DNA of 33,534 nucleotides from a virus (Duplodnaviria; Heunggongvirae; Uroviricota; Caudoviricetes): IMG/VR virus record IMGVR_UViG_2558860170_000005; one strand, 5' to 3'. Shown piece by piece: positions 1 to 10,483 of this stretch (position 1 is its first letter; each line of letters starts with the position of its first letter). The notes under the pieces were generated by a model. It saw only the letters and a program-made list of their open reading frames with translations, ran no database searches and was not told where the DNA came from. The position numbers and the translations under genes were made by a program.

Positions 1-200
1 CACAACATCCGAGGACAGCATCGTCCGCCAGCCTACAGAAGTCCGGAAAGCCATGGAAGGTCGTTGGGAGGAGGTACGAATTCTATCATGCAAAAAATAC
101 GTAAAATCGATAACGCCTAGAAATCATTCAATACTCGCACTATCGAAAGTTTACCAGCCAACCGCGGCACGTTCCTGCATACGACGTGCCGCAGCTTCTG

Positions 201-764
201 TTATTCCACGATAAAATTCCTAACCGAATTCAAATCCTTCAGACTATTCAGCTCTTCCTTCAGCTCCCGCTGACGGCGATAAATCTCGTCATTGCGCTCA
301 ACCTGTGCCTGAGCCATTGCTGCCGCCAGTTCTTCCAGTTCCGGCATCGACAGTTTCACCTGCTGATTATCGGCATCACCCCACGTCATCACGTCCCGTA
401 CAATGTCGGATTTCGCAGCCATTACCACCGGATAAAGGCGGCCCAGTGAGTTGGGGCCAGCATTCCAGATACGACCGTTCCATTCAAACGTGAACGGCTT
501 CGCCTCCTGTTCTGTGCGCCATGCTTCAATTCCCTGACGTCTGGCCTCTCTGGCCGCTTCCAGCATTTCTGGTGTCACAGTGAATGGGGCTATCTCACCC
601 CATTTGCCACTTTGCAGTTCCTGCCAGATTCGCTGACCCGTCGGTGCGACATCATCAGCGGTGGCTGTGTAGGGGACTGCCTGGTCCCTGTCGTCAAAAA
701 AAACGTCACAGTCTACTGCGCCACTTTCGGTATAACGGGGATTAATGATTTTTTTAATTTCCAC
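201..764 (-). CDS. Hypothetical phage late protein, possibly tail-fibre assembly/chaperone-like
   Basis: Long minus ORF (track 201..824) directly downstream of the tail-fibre-like fragment; probable GTG start at 764 with GAGG about 9 nt upstream, just after the upstream stop at 772-774. No motif recognised. Confidence 0.35.
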   Translation of the reverse strand: MEIKKIINPRYTESGAVDCDVFFDDRDQAVPYTATADDVAPTGQRIWQELQSGKWGEIAPFTVTPEMLEAAREARRQGIEAWRTEQEAKPFTFEWNGRIWNAGPNSLGRLYPVVMAAKSDIVRDVMTWGDADNQQVKLSMPELEELAAAMAQAQVERNDEIYRRQRELKEELNSLKDLNSVRNFIVE

Positions 765-1127
765 GGTGCATTCCTCACGATGTGCGAATAAAAAGCCCGG
801 GCATTGCGCCAGAGACATGAGCATCCGGCACCCCGGACAGGGCGCTATATGACCCCGGTAATGAATGCTCTGAACATCCCGTAATGAAAAATTGTGGGGA
901 TGCTATATACGTTCCGGTGGGAGTACTGGGCACTGAAATCCCCACCGGTCCCAGTCGTGAGCCTCTGTATGACTGCCCCCTGACAAGTCTGATGACTTTA
1001 TCACCGTCAGCTTCTCCCTGGTACGCAGCAATAATCAGCCCGCCAATGTCAGGGTCTCCCCATCTGTTGCAGACAGAGCTCGCCACGATTCTGTAAATAA
1101 TATCTTCTGTGGGGTAATGACTCCAAC

Positions 1128-1631
1128 TTATTGATAGTGTTTTATGTTCAGATAATGCCCGATGACTTTGTCATGCAGCTCCACCGATTTTGAGAACGAC
1201 AGCGACTTCCGTCCCAGCCGTGCCAGGTGCTGCCTCAGATTCAGGTTATGCCGCTCAATTCGCTGCGTATATCGCTTGCTGATTACGTGCAGCTTTCCCT
1301 TCAGGCGGGATTCATACAGCGGCCAGCCATCCGTCATCCATATCACCACGTCAAAGGGTGACAGCAGGCTCATAAGACGCCCCAGCGTCGCCATAGTGCG
1401 TTCACCGAATACGTGCGCAACAACCGTCTTCCGGAGACTGTCATACGCGTAAAACAGCCAGCGCTGGCGCGATTTAGCCCCGACATAGCCCCACTGTTCG
1501 TCCATTTCCGCGCAGACGATGACGTCACTGCCCGGCTGTATGCGCGAGGTTACCGACTGCGGCCTGAGTTTTTTAAGTGACGTAAAATCGTGTTGAGGCC
1601 AACGCCCATAATGCGTGCAGTTGCCCGGCAT
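1128..1631 (-). CDS. insB: IS1 InsB (transposase frame)
   Basis: 167-aa [19 protein letters not shown]… overlapping insA, as in IS1. Confidence 0.95.
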
Positions 1632-1825
1632 CCAACGCCATTCATGGCCATATCAATGATTTTCTGGTGCGTACCGGGTTGAGAAGCGGTGTAAGTGAAC
1701 TGCAGTTGCCATGTTTTACGGCAGTGAGAGCAGAGATAGCGCTGATGTCCGGCAGTGCTTTTGCCGTTACGCACCACCCCGTCAGTAGCTGAACAGGAGG
1801 GACAGCTGATAGAAACAGAAGCCAC
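1550..1825 (-). CDS. insA: IS1 InsA
   Basis: 91-aa [42 protein letters not shown]… recognised as IS1 InsA. Confidence 0.95.
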
Positions 1826-2265
1826 TGGAGCACCTCAAAAACACCATCATACACTAAATCAGTAAGTTGGCAGCATCACCCTTCTGTGGTTATATTTATT
1901 TTCACCCAGCCAGTCAGTCTGGATATGGGCCAGTAGCAGTAGCGGGTGTGATAAATGGGGCCGTTAATGCCGTAAAAAGTAAGGGATTTGGCTCTGTACC
2001 TCGGTTCTGTTGTCTCAGGGCGTGCATCAGTCCACCGGATGCTGAGCCCCCCTTCAAACCGTGTGTCGGGTATGATGATGTCGTAGGGGCCAGCAACGGA
2101 ATATTCACCTGGCAGCGCATTCCTTACCCAGGCCAGGAAATCACTCTTAGTGTCAAAACGGATAACATCTTCAGGCAGAAAAGCACACCCAAAGCCGAAT
2201 GCGCCGGGTATCGCCAGACGGCTGAGGTGTACTGGCAATAGCGGACACTACCATTTGTTCTTTTT

Positions 2266-3084
2266 TTAAGCAGCCATCTGATGATATTTTTCCCTGAAGG
2301 CTGCCGGGGAGATATTCCCCAGACGAGAGTGACGACGCTGACGATTGTAGAAAATCTCAATGTATTCCCGTATTACTGAGATGGCTTCATCCCGGTTATT
2401 AAAACGATAGTGGCTCAGGCTCTCATTTTTCAGCGTTCCCCAGAAGCTTTCCATCGGAGCGTTGTCGTAACAGTTACCTTTACGCGACATTGATGTTTTC
2501 AGACCAGACTGCTCCTGTATGACCCGGTAATCGTATGCGCAGTACTGTGAACCTCGATCAGAGTGGTGGATTAGCCCGGCAGGTGGGCGCTGGCTCCTGA
2601 GCGCCATAAACAGGGCTTTACCTGTCAGCTCTTTTGTCATGCGCTCTCCCATGGCGTAGCCGACAATTTCGCACGTATAAACATCTTTGATGCCAGCGAG
2701 GTACAACCATCCCTCCTGTGTGGCAACATACGTCAGGTCCGCCACCCAGACCTGATTTGGTGCTGTAGGAGCGAACGTCTGGTTCAGCAGATTTGGCGCA
2801 ACTGGCAGATTGTGGTTCGAGTTCGTAGTCGCTCTGAACTTGCGTTTCTGCTTACAGCGTAGCCTTAGCTCCTTACGAAGACGTGCCAGTCGGTCACGAC
2901 CAACGATGATGCCATTCTCTGCCAGCTCCGTCTGGAGCCGCCGGGTTCCATATGTTTCGCGAGTGCGGATATGTGCCACCTTAATCTCCAGTTTTAGCCG
3001 CTCATCACTTTGTTTTCTGTCTGAGGGTTCATGCTGTACCCAGTTGTAATAACCGCTCCTGGATACACCAAATACCTGACACAT
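2266..3084 (-). CDS. IS600 OrfB (transposase catalytic frame)
   Basis: 272-aa ORF with DDE-type integrase core (…HSDRGSQY…), IS3-family OrfB. Confidence 0.95.
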   Translation of the reverse strand: MCQVFGVSRSGYYNWVQHEPSDRKQSDERLKLEIKVAHIRTRETYGTRRLQTELAENGIIVGRDRLARLRKELRLRCKQKRKFRATTNSNHNLPVAPNLLNQTFAPTAPNQVWVADLTYVATQEGWLYLAGIKDVYTCEIVGYAMGERMTKELTGKALFMALRSQRPPAGLIHHSDRGSQYCAYDYRVIQEQSGLKTSMSRKGNCYDNAPMESFWGTLKNESLSHYRFNNRDEAISVIREYIEIFYNRQRRHSRLGNISPAAFREKYHQMAA

Positions 3085-3119
3085 CGCTTCAATGGGAAAT
3101 TGTTGTCGCCATTGTTCGA

Positions 3120-3422
3120 TTAACGCGTATTTTTCAGCGACTCCTGTGCAAAATACGCTGTTGCTTTTTTTAATATATCTCGCTCAAGGCGAGCTTCATT
3201 TAACGCCTTACGCAGTTGCAGAATTTCAGATTCCAGTTCAGCCACCGTGCGGGAACCAGGAGTACCGAGCCCTTTTCTGGCGGCGGTAACCCATTGTCCT
3301 AAAGTGCCTTCAGGAAGAGATAATCGGGAAGCGCCTTCACTGATCGAAAGTTGATTTTCAGGAACCGTTCTGACAGCTTCGGCTTTGAACTCTTTAGAGT
3401 AACGTTGGGTTTTTCTGCTCAT
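3120..3422 (-). CDS. IS600 OrfA
   Basis: 100-aa MSRKTQRYSKEFKAEAVRTV… HTH protein, recognised as IS600 OrfA. Confidence 0.95.
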   Translation of the reverse strand: MSRKTQRYSKEFKAEAVRTVPENQLSISEGASRLSLPEGTLGQWVTAARKGLGTPGSRTVAELESEILQLRKALNEARLERDILKKATAYFAQESLKNTR

Positions 3423-3487
3423 TATTAGCTCCTTCTGATGCCATTCTATTTCAGGAAGGAGTGTCCGTTAAACTCAGGCTACCTCAT

Positions 3488-3844
3488 TCTGGCGAGTCGT
3501 TTTTTGGAGTGTTCGCGGGCTTTTTCCTCCGTCATCTGAATAATCAGCATATCAGCAGGATCGCAAATCACGTTGTAAATCACCCAGCCGTCAATCAGGC
3601 CGATAGTCTTGCCGGTTCGTGCCGGGCCAACAAATATCACTGCGTCGTATTCACGCGAGGCCAGGCAGTTCATCGGCTCAATAACATACGGTGCCACCAG
3701 CGGATCCCACGGGACTGAGTTCCCTGCCCCCATGGGCACCCGCATATACTGAGCAACGGCATCAGCAACCCGCATTCGTCTCGGTGCGCGAAGGATATAA
3801 CCTGAATCGGTTCGTGCTGCCTTTGCGGTTTCCTGATTCAGCAT
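3488..3844 (-). pseudogene. Terminase large subunit (GpA family), N-terminal ~119 codons only
   Basis: …AVIFVGPARTGKTIGLIDGWVIY… Walker-A segment typical of lambda-type gpA; start overlaps Nu1 stop; frame runs into the IS600 end at 3487. Confidence 0.6.
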
Positions 3845-4338
3845 TACTCCTCCTGCTGTAATTCCTCCTCATCATCCGCACCTGCTTCAGTCACCCGCAG
3901 GGCTATCTGATCGCGCAGATCATCAATAATGGACTGAACACGGCTCACAGCGGCAGGCTGCAGACCGCAGTCACGTTCAAGAATATCCGGTAATGTCTCC
4001 AGCACCTGCACGACCGCTTTTGCCCAGATGGCAAACTCCCGTCTGACATCACTGGCCGGAATGAGTTGTGCCGTTTCCTGTTCGAACTTAAGACGCTCAC
4101 GTTCAGACTGATACCAGGCTTTGCGCTCATGCGCGTCCATTTCGCCTTCTGCAACCGGCGGTGGTAATGCCAGAAATGCCGACACAATATCAACCACCCG
4201 ATAAAGCTTGAGGTTGCTTTCATGCCCCCCTGCAACGGGTAGATTTTGCAGCCTTGCCGCAGCAGTCTGGCGATGTACACCTGACAGTGCCGCCAGTTGA
4301 CTGATATTCAGCGTCAGATTTTTTAACTCTCGATCCAT
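3844..4338 (-). CDS. Terminase small subunit (Nu1-like)
   Basis: 164-aa ORF with N-terminal winged-HTH (NISQLAALSGVHRQTAAARL), acidic C-terminus, stop overlapping the large-terminase start. Confidence 0.55.
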   Translation of the reverse strand: MDRELKNLTLNISQLAALSGVHRQTAAARLQNLPVAGGHESNLKLYRVVDIVSAFLALPPPVAEGEMDAHERKAWYQSERERLKFEQETAQLIPASDVRREFAIWAKAVVQVLETLPDILERDCGLQPAAVSRVQSIIDDLRDQIALRVTEAGADDEEELQQEE

Positions 4339-4695
4339 ACCCGCTCCAGAATGTTTTAAACATGCATCTTGCGAACAACTTTAGGCAAACGGTGTTAGTG
4401 ATGAACAAAAAACAATCAAAATCGACACCATAAAAATAAAACCACTGTAATATCAATCCATTACAGTAGTGGTGATGACGAATGAAATTTCAAAAACTAG
4501 CCTTTTTCCGCGCCGCTCCCGCCCCGTGGCAGGCCACCCCACCGGGAGGACCCGTCAGCCTGACAGCCATGACGAACGTCTGATACAGCGCCCTGCATGA
4601 ATGACATCGGGATAATCCAGAAAGGAATAGCATCGTACCCACAAGAATCAGTGTAAGTGTCCTGTTTCTTCCACCCCCGCACAGGACTGGCGAGC

Positions 4696-4872
4696 ATGAG
4701 GGACAAACCCGCGAACCATAAACGCGGTAAAAACCCGGTGTGCATCGTTTTTGATTATTCCCGCACACTCGCGCAGAAGGAGTTCCCCGTCGGGCTACGG
4801 TCATGGTTAATACGGGAATACGGCGACGATACAGCGCATGATGTGTCAGGCTTGAATACCTTTATCCGTTAA
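4696..4872 (+). CDS. Hypothetical small protein (moron-like, opposite to the late operon)
   Basis: Plus-strand ORF (track 4657..4872; ATG at 4696) followed by a plus-strand hairpin plus T-tract at 4921-4947; sits where lambda carries bor. Confidence 0.3.
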   Translation: MRDKPANHKRGKNPVCIVFDYSRTLAQKEFPVGLRSWLIREYGDDTAHDVSGLNTFIR

Positions 4873-4920
4873 AAGGGATATCAGTTAAGTTATCCCGTGT
4901 AGGGTATAAGCCATTATCAA

Positions 4921-4947
4921 AGCCACTCTGTAGGAAGTGGCTTTTGT
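4921..4947 (+). terminator. Putative intrinsic terminator
   Basis: AGCCACT-ctgtagga-AGTGGCT followed by TTTTGT. Confidence 0.45.
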
Positions 4948-4956
4948 AATGGCAAT

Positions 4957-4979
4957 AAAAAGCCCCGCGAATGCGAGGC
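4957..4979 (-). terminator. Putative intrinsic terminator downstream of the lysis cassette
   Basis: On the minus strand GCCTCGC-attc-GCGGGGC followed by TTTTT. Confidence 0.5.
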
Positions 4980-5153
4980 TAAATCCTGGTATTTGTAATG
5001 ACTGGCTCTTATCTCAACGCAGCCCCTTACCGCGCGCAAAATGCTCAATATCAAGCATCAGCAATGAGATGTTTAATCTGGATTCACTCCAGAAGTGAGC
5101 ACCACCCTGTCTACAGAGCCAGATGTGAAGGATGATGAGTAAAATTATCGCTA

Positions 5154-5621
5154 TCATCGAAGGCATTGCGTCCTGATGTATTCCTGAAGCGTTCTCAGTG
5201 CTGTTTGGTCGCGGATAATTCCGTCCCGGATACCGAGAACGTTTCGTCCAGCAACTGGAGAGAGTTCGACGGTGGCATCATTGCCCATGCCGGAGGCGCT
5301 GGAGGTTTCGGCTGAGGATGGCACAGGGCATTTTCCTTTGACGAGCACCCGACCACCATTATCAAGCTTGCGCCGAAGAGCATCATTTTCAGCTTTCGCA
5401 TCAGCTAACTCCTTCGTGTATTTAGCATCGAGTGCATCAGCATCACGCTGGCGCTGCTGCATGTCAGTAATGGTTGCGTTCGCCAGCTTCAGTTCTCTTG
5501 CGTTTTTGTCGCGCTGCTCTTTGTAGGTAATGGCGTTATCACGGTAATGATTAACAGCCCATGACAGGCGGACGATGATGCAGATAACCAGAGCGGAGAT
5601 AATCGCGGTGACTCTGCTCAT
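5154..5621 (-). CDS. Rz: Spanin inner-membrane subunit Rz
   Basis: [17 protein letters not shown]…[11 protein letters not shown]…[17 protein letters not shown] closely matches lambda Rz as I recall it; start overlaps endolysin stop (ATGA). Confidence 0.85.
   Translation of the reverse strand: MSRVTAIISALVICIIVRLSWAVNHYRDNAITYKEQRDKNARELKLANATITDMQQRQRDADALDAKYTKELADAKAENDALRRKLDNGGRVLVKGKCPVPSSAETSSASGMGNDATVELSPVAGRNVLGIRDGIIRDQTALRTLQEYIRTQCLR
5195..5401 (-). CDS. Rz1: Spanin outer-membrane lipoprotein Rz1 (embedded in Rz, +1 frame)
   Basis: [19 protein letters not shown]… with lipobox Cys and proline-rich segment, fully inside Rz. Confidence 0.7.
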   Translation of the reverse strand: MRKLKMMLFGASLIMVVGCSSKENALCHPQPKPPAPPAWAMMPPSNSLQLLDETFSVSGTELSATKQH

Positions 5622-6115
5622 TGCTGCCCCCACAAACAGACTTCACGCTCAATCTCACGACGGGTCATCAGCCCTTTCCATTGCTTACCGCCAGCATATG
5701 TCCAGCGACGTAGCTGGTCACATGCGCCTTTGATATAGCCCTGGTTTATTTTGCGAAGAAGCGTCGATGTTCTGAAATTGCCAGCGCCCACGTTGTAAAC
5801 GAACGAGTAAAGAGCGCCGCGCGTTGTTTCCGGTATATCGACTTTGATGTACGGGTTAATTTGTCTGGCGACAGTGGCAAGGTCTTTATTCAGGAGAGCT
5901 TTGCATTCTGCTTCGGTATACGTTTTACCAGGCATGATGTCTTTTCCGGTGTGTCCGTGACATACAGTCCATACACCAATGATATCTTTGTATGGTATGT
6001 AGCTGACACCTTCCAGACCATCGTTACCACCTGGGCCAGTGATTAACACAGATGCTATAGCAACAGCCCCGCCACCAATAGCAACTGCAACAGCCTTGCG
6101 TAATGATGGCGACAT
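5618..6115 (-). CDS. R: SAR endolysin (phage 21 R-type lysozyme)
   Basis: N-terminal Gly/Ala-rich signal-anchor-release segment ([20 protein letters not shown]) followed by a T4-lysozyme-like domain; resembles DLP12 RrrD. Confidence 0.85.
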   Translation of the reverse strand: MSPSLRKAVAVAIGGGAVAIASVLITGPGGNDGLEGVSYIPYKDIIGVWTVCHGHTGKDIMPGKTYTEAECKALLNKDLATVARQINPYIKVDIPETTRGALYSFVYNVGAGNFRTSTLLRKINQGYIKGACDQLRRWTYAGGKQWKGLMTRREIEREVCLWGQQ

Positions 6116-6330
6116 TATTCACCTCTCGCAGCCTTACGCTTATCTTCTCTTATTTTGAAATACAGATTCGTCAGATAAGTCAGAAGCCCCAGAAGCAGAC
6201 TTCCCAGCACACCAATCGCAGCCCACTGTGATGGACTGACCTGATCCAACCACTGCAAAAACCAGTAGCCGGCACTGCCGGCGGAGGTGCCGTAGGCAAT
6301 GCCCGTTGAAATTTTGTCCATGGATTTCAT
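6115..6330 (-). CDS. S: Pinholin (S21-type holin) with dual-start motif
   Basis: [30 protein letters not shown]… two TM segments; Met1 and Met4 dual start; stop overlaps endolysin start. Confidence 0.8.
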   Translation of the reverse strand: MKSMDKISTGIAYGTSAGSAGYWFLQWLDQVSPSQWAAIGVLGSLLLGLLTYLTNLYFKIREDKRKAARGE

Positions 6331-6507
6331 AGCCTCACCTCCGCAAATAACGGATGGCGTAGTTTTACACTGAGAAATGAAAGGGATTTGAAAAGAAAAA
6401 AACGCAAAAGCGGGCGAAACGATATATACAGTAAGGAAAGCACTGAGGTAGCCTGAGTTTAACGGACACTCCTTCCTAAAATAGAATGGCATCAGAAGGA
6501 GCTAATA

Positions 6508-6810
6508 ATGAGCAGAAAAACCCAACGTTACTCTAAAGAGTTCAAAGCCGAAGCTGTCAGAACGGTTCCTGAAAATCAACTTTCGATCAGTGAAGGCGCT
6601 TCCCGATTATCTCTTCCTGAAGGCACTTTAGGACAATGGGTTACCGCCGCCAGAAAAGGGCTCGGTACTCCTGGTTCCCGCACGGTGGCTGAACTGGAAT
6701 CTGAAATTCTGCAACTGCGTAAGGCGTTAAATGAAGCTCGCCTTGAGCGAGATATATTAAAAAAAGCAACAGCGTATTTTGCACAGGAGTCGCTGAAAAA
6801 TACGCGTTAA
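6508..6810 (+). CDS. IS600 OrfA
   Basis: Identical to the other IS600 OrfA copies. Confidence 0.95.
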   Translation: MSRKTQRYSKEFKAEAVRTVPENQLSISEGASRLSLPEGTLGQWVTAARKGLGTPGSRTVAELESEILQLRKALNEARLERDILKKATAYFAQESLKNTR

Positions 6811-6901
6811 TCGAACAATGGCGACAACAATTTCCCATTGAAGCGATGTGTCAGGTATTTGGTGTATCCAGGAGCGGTTATTACAACTGGGTATGAAGTG
6901 G

Positions 6902-8070
<1,169 letters not shown>

Positions 8071-9141
8071 TGGAGCACCTGTGTTGTTCTGAGGTGAGCA
8101 TATCACCTCTGTTCAGGTGGCCAAATTCAGTGTGCCACTTCAGTACAGCATGAACCCTCAGACAGAAAACAAAGTGATGAGCGGCTAAAACTGGAGATTA
8201 AGGTGGCACATATCCGCACTCGCGAAACATATGGAACCCGGCGGCTCCAGACGGAGCTGGCAGAGAATGGCATCATCGTTGGTCGTGACCGACTGGCACG
8301 TCTTCGTAAGGAGCTAAGGCTACGCTGTAAGCAGAAACGCAAGTTCAGAGCGACTACGAACTCGAACCACAATCTGCCAGTTGCGCCAAATCTGCTGAAC
8401 CAGACGTTCGCTCCTACAGCACCAAATCAGGTCTGGGTGGCGGACCTGACGTATGTTGCCACACAGGAGGGATGGTTGTACCTCGCTGGCATCAAAGATG
8501 TTTATACGTGCGAAATTGTCGGCTACGCCATGGGAGAGCGCATGACAAAAGAGCTGACAGGTAAAGCCCTGTTTATGGCGCTCAGGAGCCAGCGCCCACC
8601 TGCCGGGCTAATCCACCACTCTGATCGAGGTTCACAGTACTGCGCATACGATTACCGGGTCATACAGGAGCAGTTTGGTCTGAAAACATCAATGTCGCGT
8701 AAAGGTAACTGTTACGACAACGCTCCGATGGAAAGCTTCTGGGGAACGCTGAAAAATGAGAGCCTGAGCCACTATCGTTTTAATAACCGGGATGAAGCCA
8801 TCTCAGTAATACGGGAATACATTGAGATTTTCTACAATCGTCAGCGTCGTCACTCTCGTCTGGGGAATATCTCCCCGGCAGCCTTCAGGGAAAAATATCA
8901 TCAGATGGCTGCTTAAAAAAAGAACAAATGGTAGTGTCCGCTATTGCCAGTACACCTCACACTCTATCCAACAAACCACCCACAGTTAATCGGAATAAAA
9001 GCAGAGTGCTTATGAATGATCGCACGCCCGAAGGTTAGTATTTCTGCACAGCAATTTTGCAAAAAAAGGCGATCATTCATAACTTAAACGTCTTTCAGTC
9101 ACTCCGGGATTTCCCATCATCGCAGACTGAAAGACTCTGAC

Positions 9142-9216
<75 letters not shown>

Positions 9217-9219
9217 ATA

Positions 9220-9295
<76 letters not shown>

Positions 9296-9297
9296 GC

Positions 9298-9374
9298 TGG
9301 CCCACCACCGAGGACTCGAACCTCGCACCGTCAACTTAGAAGGTTGATGCTCTATCCGGATGAGCTAGTGGTGG
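9298..9374 (-). tRNA. tRNA-Arg (anticodon UCU)
   Basis: 77 nt; acceptor CCACCAC/GTGGTGG; anticodon stem TCAAC/GTTGA, loop CTTCTAA; T-arm CGAGG-TTCGAGT-CCTCG. Confidence 0.8.
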
Positions 9375-9375
9375 T

Positions 9376-9452
9376 TGGTGGCCCTTGCTGGACTTGAACC
9401 AGCGACCTGGCGATTATGAGTCGCTCGCTCTGACCAACTGAGCTAAAGGGCC
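9376..9452 (-). tRNA. tRNA with CAU anticodon (Ile2/Met type, ileX-like)
   Basis: 77 nt GGCCCTTTAGCTCAGTTGG…; anticodon loop CTCATAA; T-arm GCTGG-TTCAAGT-CCAGC. Confidence 0.8.
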
Positions 9453-9540
9453 GGAGGCAGAATAATAACCATATGTCATCACATCTGCAAACTCATCTGA
9501 CCACCAGCACGTTTAACGTCCTGTGCCGTTTTTCAGGTAT

Positions 9541-9562
9541 AAAAAAACCCGCATAAAGCGGG
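9541..9562 (-). terminator. Intrinsic terminator between Q-like gene and tRNA array (tR'-like)
   Basis: Minus strand CCCGC-tttat-GCGGG followed by TTTTTTT. Confidence 0.6.
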
Positions 9563-9641
9563 CTCTTTCAAATGTCCATGTCTGCTATTCGCCTCGCGGT
9601 ACAGCTTTGCGAAGCGTACAAGAATTGAAGCAGTTTTTACG

Positions 9642-10196
9642 TCAAAAAGCAATAACTTTTTTCTCTATACCAAAAGCCATAACCATTGGTTTGTACAAAA
9701 TAAATTCTGCCACCTTTAGCCAATGCTCAATGCGTCTTTCACAGGTTCTTAAACTCCATTTCGGGTGTGCATCATTCAGCAGTTCAGCCATTTTGCGTTT
9801 GGTCATCCCCCGCCCCTCATACCGTTGCCGAAGGACGCTAATCAATCCTGGATGCTCTGCCAGCACCTCACTTATGACCCGATCAATACATAACGCCTCT
9901 GCATCAGTACAATGCGCCAGCCAGCTCTTTTGCTTACCGTTAATCATATCCCGCAAAAAAGCCTCAAGTTCAGACTTGTTCAGACCTGCTTTTTTCATCC
10001 TCCGGAGCGCCTCGTTAATTGCCGTTTTTGTCAGCTTTTTAGAGGTCAACATCAGGTTAAACATATTCCCCGTCTTACCGCCACCAATATACGACCAGCG
10101 CCCCCACATACGTAGTTTTCCCTGAATCCAGACACTTTCCAGCGTGGTGAGACGAAGGTGTTCTCCGCTTTTTCCTGTATTCGTTGGGTAAATCAT
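9642..10196 (-). CDS. Putative late-gene antiterminator (Q-like), assigned mainly by position
   Basis: 184-aa ORF (ATG at 10196 overlapping the upstream stop as ATGA; AGGAGG upstream) between nin-type genes and the terminator/tRNA/lysis block. Confidence 0.4.
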   Translation of the reverse strand: MIYPTNTGKSGEHLRLTTLESVWIQGKLRMWGRWSYIGGGKTGNMFNLMLTSKKLTKTAINEALRRMKKAGLNKSELEAFLRDMINGKQKSWLAHCTDAEALCIDRVISEVLAEHPGLISVLRQRYEGRGMTKRKMAELLNDAHPKWSLRTCERRIEHWLKVAEFILYKPMVMAFGIEKKVIAF

Positions 10197-10483
10197 AAAT
10201 ATCCCTCCTTTCTCCAGATTTCTTGTGTGCGAAAAACACCTTCTGCATGCATCAGGCGTAATTCTTCTTTGGTGTAATCGCTGGTTTTTACCCGCCCGTC
10301 GATTAAATCGTGGCACGAGCTACAGGCAATCGCTGCCTGCATATCGTGTGGCTTTATCGCTGTTCCGCACGTTCCCGCCAGTCGGTAATGCGCCAGCACA
10401 GACGTTTCCGGATCGTGATTGCAGTAGCCAGGAATTCTGACGGTGCACATCTGCCCCCGCGCCGCTTTACGTAAATCCACCAT
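10193..10483 (-). CDS. YbcO-like phage protein (DUF1364 type)
   Basis: MVDLRKAARGQMCTVRIPGYCNHDPETSVLAHYRLAGTCGT… Cys-rich, resembles DLP12 YbcO as I recall it. Confidence 0.55.
   Translation of the reverse strand: MVDLRKAARGQMCTVRIPGYCNHDPETSVLAHYRLAGTCGTAIKPHDMQAAIACSSCHDLIDGRVKTSDYTKEELRLMHAEGVFRTQEIWRKEGYL

Larger units (their letters stand above)
1113..1880 (-). mobile_element. IS1 copy 1 (768 bp), simple insertion
   Basis: Termini GGTGATGCTGCC… / …GGAGTCATTACC; InsA and InsB ORFs; perfect 9-bp direct repeat CTTCTGTGG at 1104-1112 and 1881-1889. Confidence 0.95.
775..2222 (-). pseudogene. Phage structural (tail-fibre-like) gene fragment, 5' end removed by IS600 and body split by IS1
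   Basis: Minus frame 1881..2222 and 775..1112 join in-frame (…INITTE|DIIYRIVASSVCNRWG…) once IS1 and one copy of the 9-bp duplication are removed; upstream end runs into the IS600 terminus at 2223. Confidence 0.5.
2223..3487 (-). mobile_element. IS600 copy 1 (IS3 family), rearrangement junction
   Basis: Termini TGAGGTAGCCTGAGTTTAACGGACACTCC (IRL) and TGAGGTGTACTGGCAATAGCGGACACTACC (IRR, reverse complement); OrfA/OrfB present; flanking trinucleotides differ (GGC vs TTC), so no target duplication. Confidence 0.95.

Noticed and set aside
1867-2241. Plus-strand 124-aa ORF ending …EVYWQ
   Set aside because: It starts inside IS1 and ends inside the IS600 terminus (the IS end encodes EVYWQ-stop); the opposite strand carries a frame that continues across the IS1 insertion, so this ORF is a junction artefact.
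2810-3049. 79-aa [18 protein letters not shown]… repeated in every IS600 copy, and the 65-aa MGNCCRHCSINAYF… ORF
   Set aside because: Antisense frames inside IS600 orfA/orfB; they recur only because the IS is repeated and are not independent genes.
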